A DNA stretch of 64,000 nt from Flaccisagitta enflata (Eukaryota). The position numbers and the translations under genes are program-made. The notes beneath the pieces were generated by a model, which searched no databases, was not told the origin of the DNA, and was given only the letters and a program-made list of their open reading frames with translations. Below, piece by piece: positions 61,848 to 64,000 of the stretch (the stretch's first letter is position 1; every line of letters starts with the position of its first letter). The DNA is taken from contig OZ231126.1 in NCBI GenBank assembly GCA_965153355.1, positions 6,386,001 to 6,450,000 of the forward strand, written 5' to 3'.

Positions 61848-62837
61848 CTTTTTTGCTCCCTTTCAACAAATTTTTTTCACAACACATTTTCAAGCCCGAC
61901 AAACTTTCAAGACCGACAGTAGGGACATCACGTGACGTCCCTGAAGTCCCTTGCAATACATCGCTGACTTCAAGGTATGTCATCATGGACTTCAAGGTAT
62001 GTCATCATGGACTTCAAGGTATGCCACCATGGACTTCAAGGTATGCCACCATGGACTTCAAGGTATGCCACCATGGACTTCAAGGTATGCCATTATGGAC
62101 TTCGAGGTATTTGAAATTTTTTTTTGAAAATTTGAAAAAAAAAAATTTTGGGAAATGTTTTTGGAAAATTTTTTGAAAAATTTTTTGAAAAAATTTTTGA
62201 AAAAATTTTTGTGGAAAATTTTTTGAAAATAATTTTTAAAAAAAGATTTTTTGAAAACAATTCTTGAAAAATTTTTTTGAAAATTTGTTTTTATGAAAAT
62301 TTTTTGAAAATTTTTTAAAAATTTTTTTTGAAAATTTTTTGAAATTTTTTTTTGAAAATTTTTTGAAATTTTTTTTAAAAATTTAAAAAAAAATTGTTTT
62401 TTGAAATTTTTTAAATAAAAATTAAAAAAAAAAATTGAAATTTAAAAAAAAAAAAAATTTGAAATTTAAAAAAAAAAATTTGAAATTTAAAAAAAAAAAT
62501 TTGAAATTTTTTTTTTGTCATCACTTTTAACTATGTCATCACCTTCAACTACTGTCATCACCTTCAACTACTGTCATCACCTTCAACTACTGTCATCACC
62601 TTCAACTACTGTCATCACCTTCAACTACTGTCATCACTTTAACAACTGTCATCACCTTCGACTATTGCCATCAACTTTGAAAATTTTTTTTTTAAATTTT
62701 TTTTTAAATTTTTTTTTTTTAGATTGTCTTGTCGTTTTTCTTCTTGAGTTGCGTTTACGCAACGAGAAAGCTTAAAAAATTACAGTTCCCAGTCGGGGAC
62801 TGTAATTTTGAAGCTTTTTTGCCTTGTGCCCTCAGCT

Positions 62838-63750
62838 GATGCTTTGAATTATGACACAATAGCTAGCTTTGAGGCCTTGTTTCTATCCTTATGCCCAAAT
62901 CTGTAGTCCCAATGTACCTTGGTTTCTATCCTAATGCCCCAATTTGCAGTCCCATTTTGCCATAACCATAACCTAGTTTCGCGGGCCATAATGTGGCCCA
63001 TTTTCTTGTAACAAATTGTGGTTGATTCTGAAGCTGGGTGGCAGGTTTTTATCAAGTCCAATTCTAGCCTCTCGGTATATATACTAGCATTCTGGCCCAT
63101 TACCAAGTCCCTTTATCCATTTTGTTTTCTTTTGTGCGATGGTTAGCCAAATTCTATCCTTGTTAGTTGCGGCCCATTTCCCACCCTCGCCTTGAGCCCA
63201 TTTTCCAGCCCCTTGGCCCAAATACTGATTTTTTTTCGTTTTCCCTTTTTTTCTTTCCACAGAAGTGGCGTTGCCGGTAGTTTAGGCAAATGGATGCTTT
63301 GAGTTATGACACAATAGCTAGCTTTGAGGCCTTATTTCTATCCTTATGCCCAAATCTGTAGTCCCAATGTACCTTGGTTTCTATCCTAATGCCCCAATTT
63401 GCAGTCCCATTTTGCCATAACCATAACCTAGTTTCGCGGGCCATAATGTGGCCCATTTTCTTGTAACAAATTGTGGTTGATTCTGAAGCTGGGTGGCAGG
63501 TTTTTATCAAGTCCAATTCTGGCCTCTCGGTATATATACTAGCTTTCTGGCCCATTACCAAGTCCCTTCATCCATTTTGTTTTCTTTTGTGCGATGGTTA
63601 GCCAAATTCTATCCTTGTTAGTTGCGGCCCATTTCCCACCCTCGCCTTGAGCCCATTTTCCAGCCCCTTGGCCCAAATACTGATTTTTTTTCGTTTTCCC
63701 TTTTTTTCTTTCTACAGAAGTGGCGTTGCCGGTAGTCTAGGCAAATGGAT
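62838..63750 (+). repeat. 455-bp tandem duplication including the PEPCK acceptor and first 33 nt of the exon
   Basis: Near-identical copies (duplicated 85-aa spurious ORFs); GAT microhomology at the junction. Confidence 0.93.
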
Positions 63751-63868
63751 TTCGCCTCAAGAGTTGGACGAGGCTTTGTGGAGCGATCGATTTCCCGGCT
63801 GCATGACGGGAAGAACGATGTACGTCATTCCCTTCTCCATGGGACCAGTTGGATCACCCTTGTCCAAG
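63718..63868 (+). CDS. PCK: PEPCK (GTP) exon ([12 protein letters not shown]...[27 protein letters not shown]); gene continues beyond window
   Basis: [25 protein letters not shown] hallmark; acag| and AAG|gtgag boundaries. Confidence 0.96.
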
Positions 63869-64000
63869 GTGAGTTTGGGGTGAGATATTGTCGCTTTAAA
63901 GTCAGATATTCTTAGCCTTAAATCAGCCCACGGGCTGTCGTGGGCTTTTATACAGCCCTCTACTAAGCCTGCAACGTCTAATTGCCACAAAAACAGGGAT

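Noticed and set aside
61921-61942. Palindromic CACGTGACGTC (E-box/CRE-like) site in a PEPCK intron
   Set aside because: Embedded in a repeat-associated segment; a short motif alone is not evidence of regulation.
62849-63561. Two near-identical 85-aa - strand ORFs as duplicated genes
   Set aside because: Non-ATG starts, no recognisable motifs; a by-product of the 455-bp intronic duplication.

Overview
Repeat-rich animal (probably invertebrate) genomic DNA with two divergently oriented multi-exon genes. On the - strand is a complete CCDC146 (coiled-coil cilia/flagella protein): 18 coding exons between 38798 and 3835, all with GT-AG introns and consistent phases, summing to 2874 nt = 957 aa. 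On the + strand is the 5' part of a GTP-dependent PEPCK gene (exons about 53257-63868, continuing past the window). Introns and intergenic DNA hold a young 5'-truncated LINE, many TA-flanked MITEs and foldbacks, hAT- and MULE-like MITEs, Helentron/DINE-1-like short elements, and mini- and microsatellites. Two things stand out. (1) Exon ends are 'echoed': 6 of 17 CCDC146 donor junctions and one PEPCK acceptor are tandemly copied into the adjacent intron, up to about 22 copies, creating arrays of duplicate splice sites. (2) A 3.2-kb Transib/RAG-like non-autonomous element has a demonstrable 5-bp TSD and asymmetric heptamer-spacer-A-box ends. All family assignments come from reading the sequence and from memory of the families, not from database searches.
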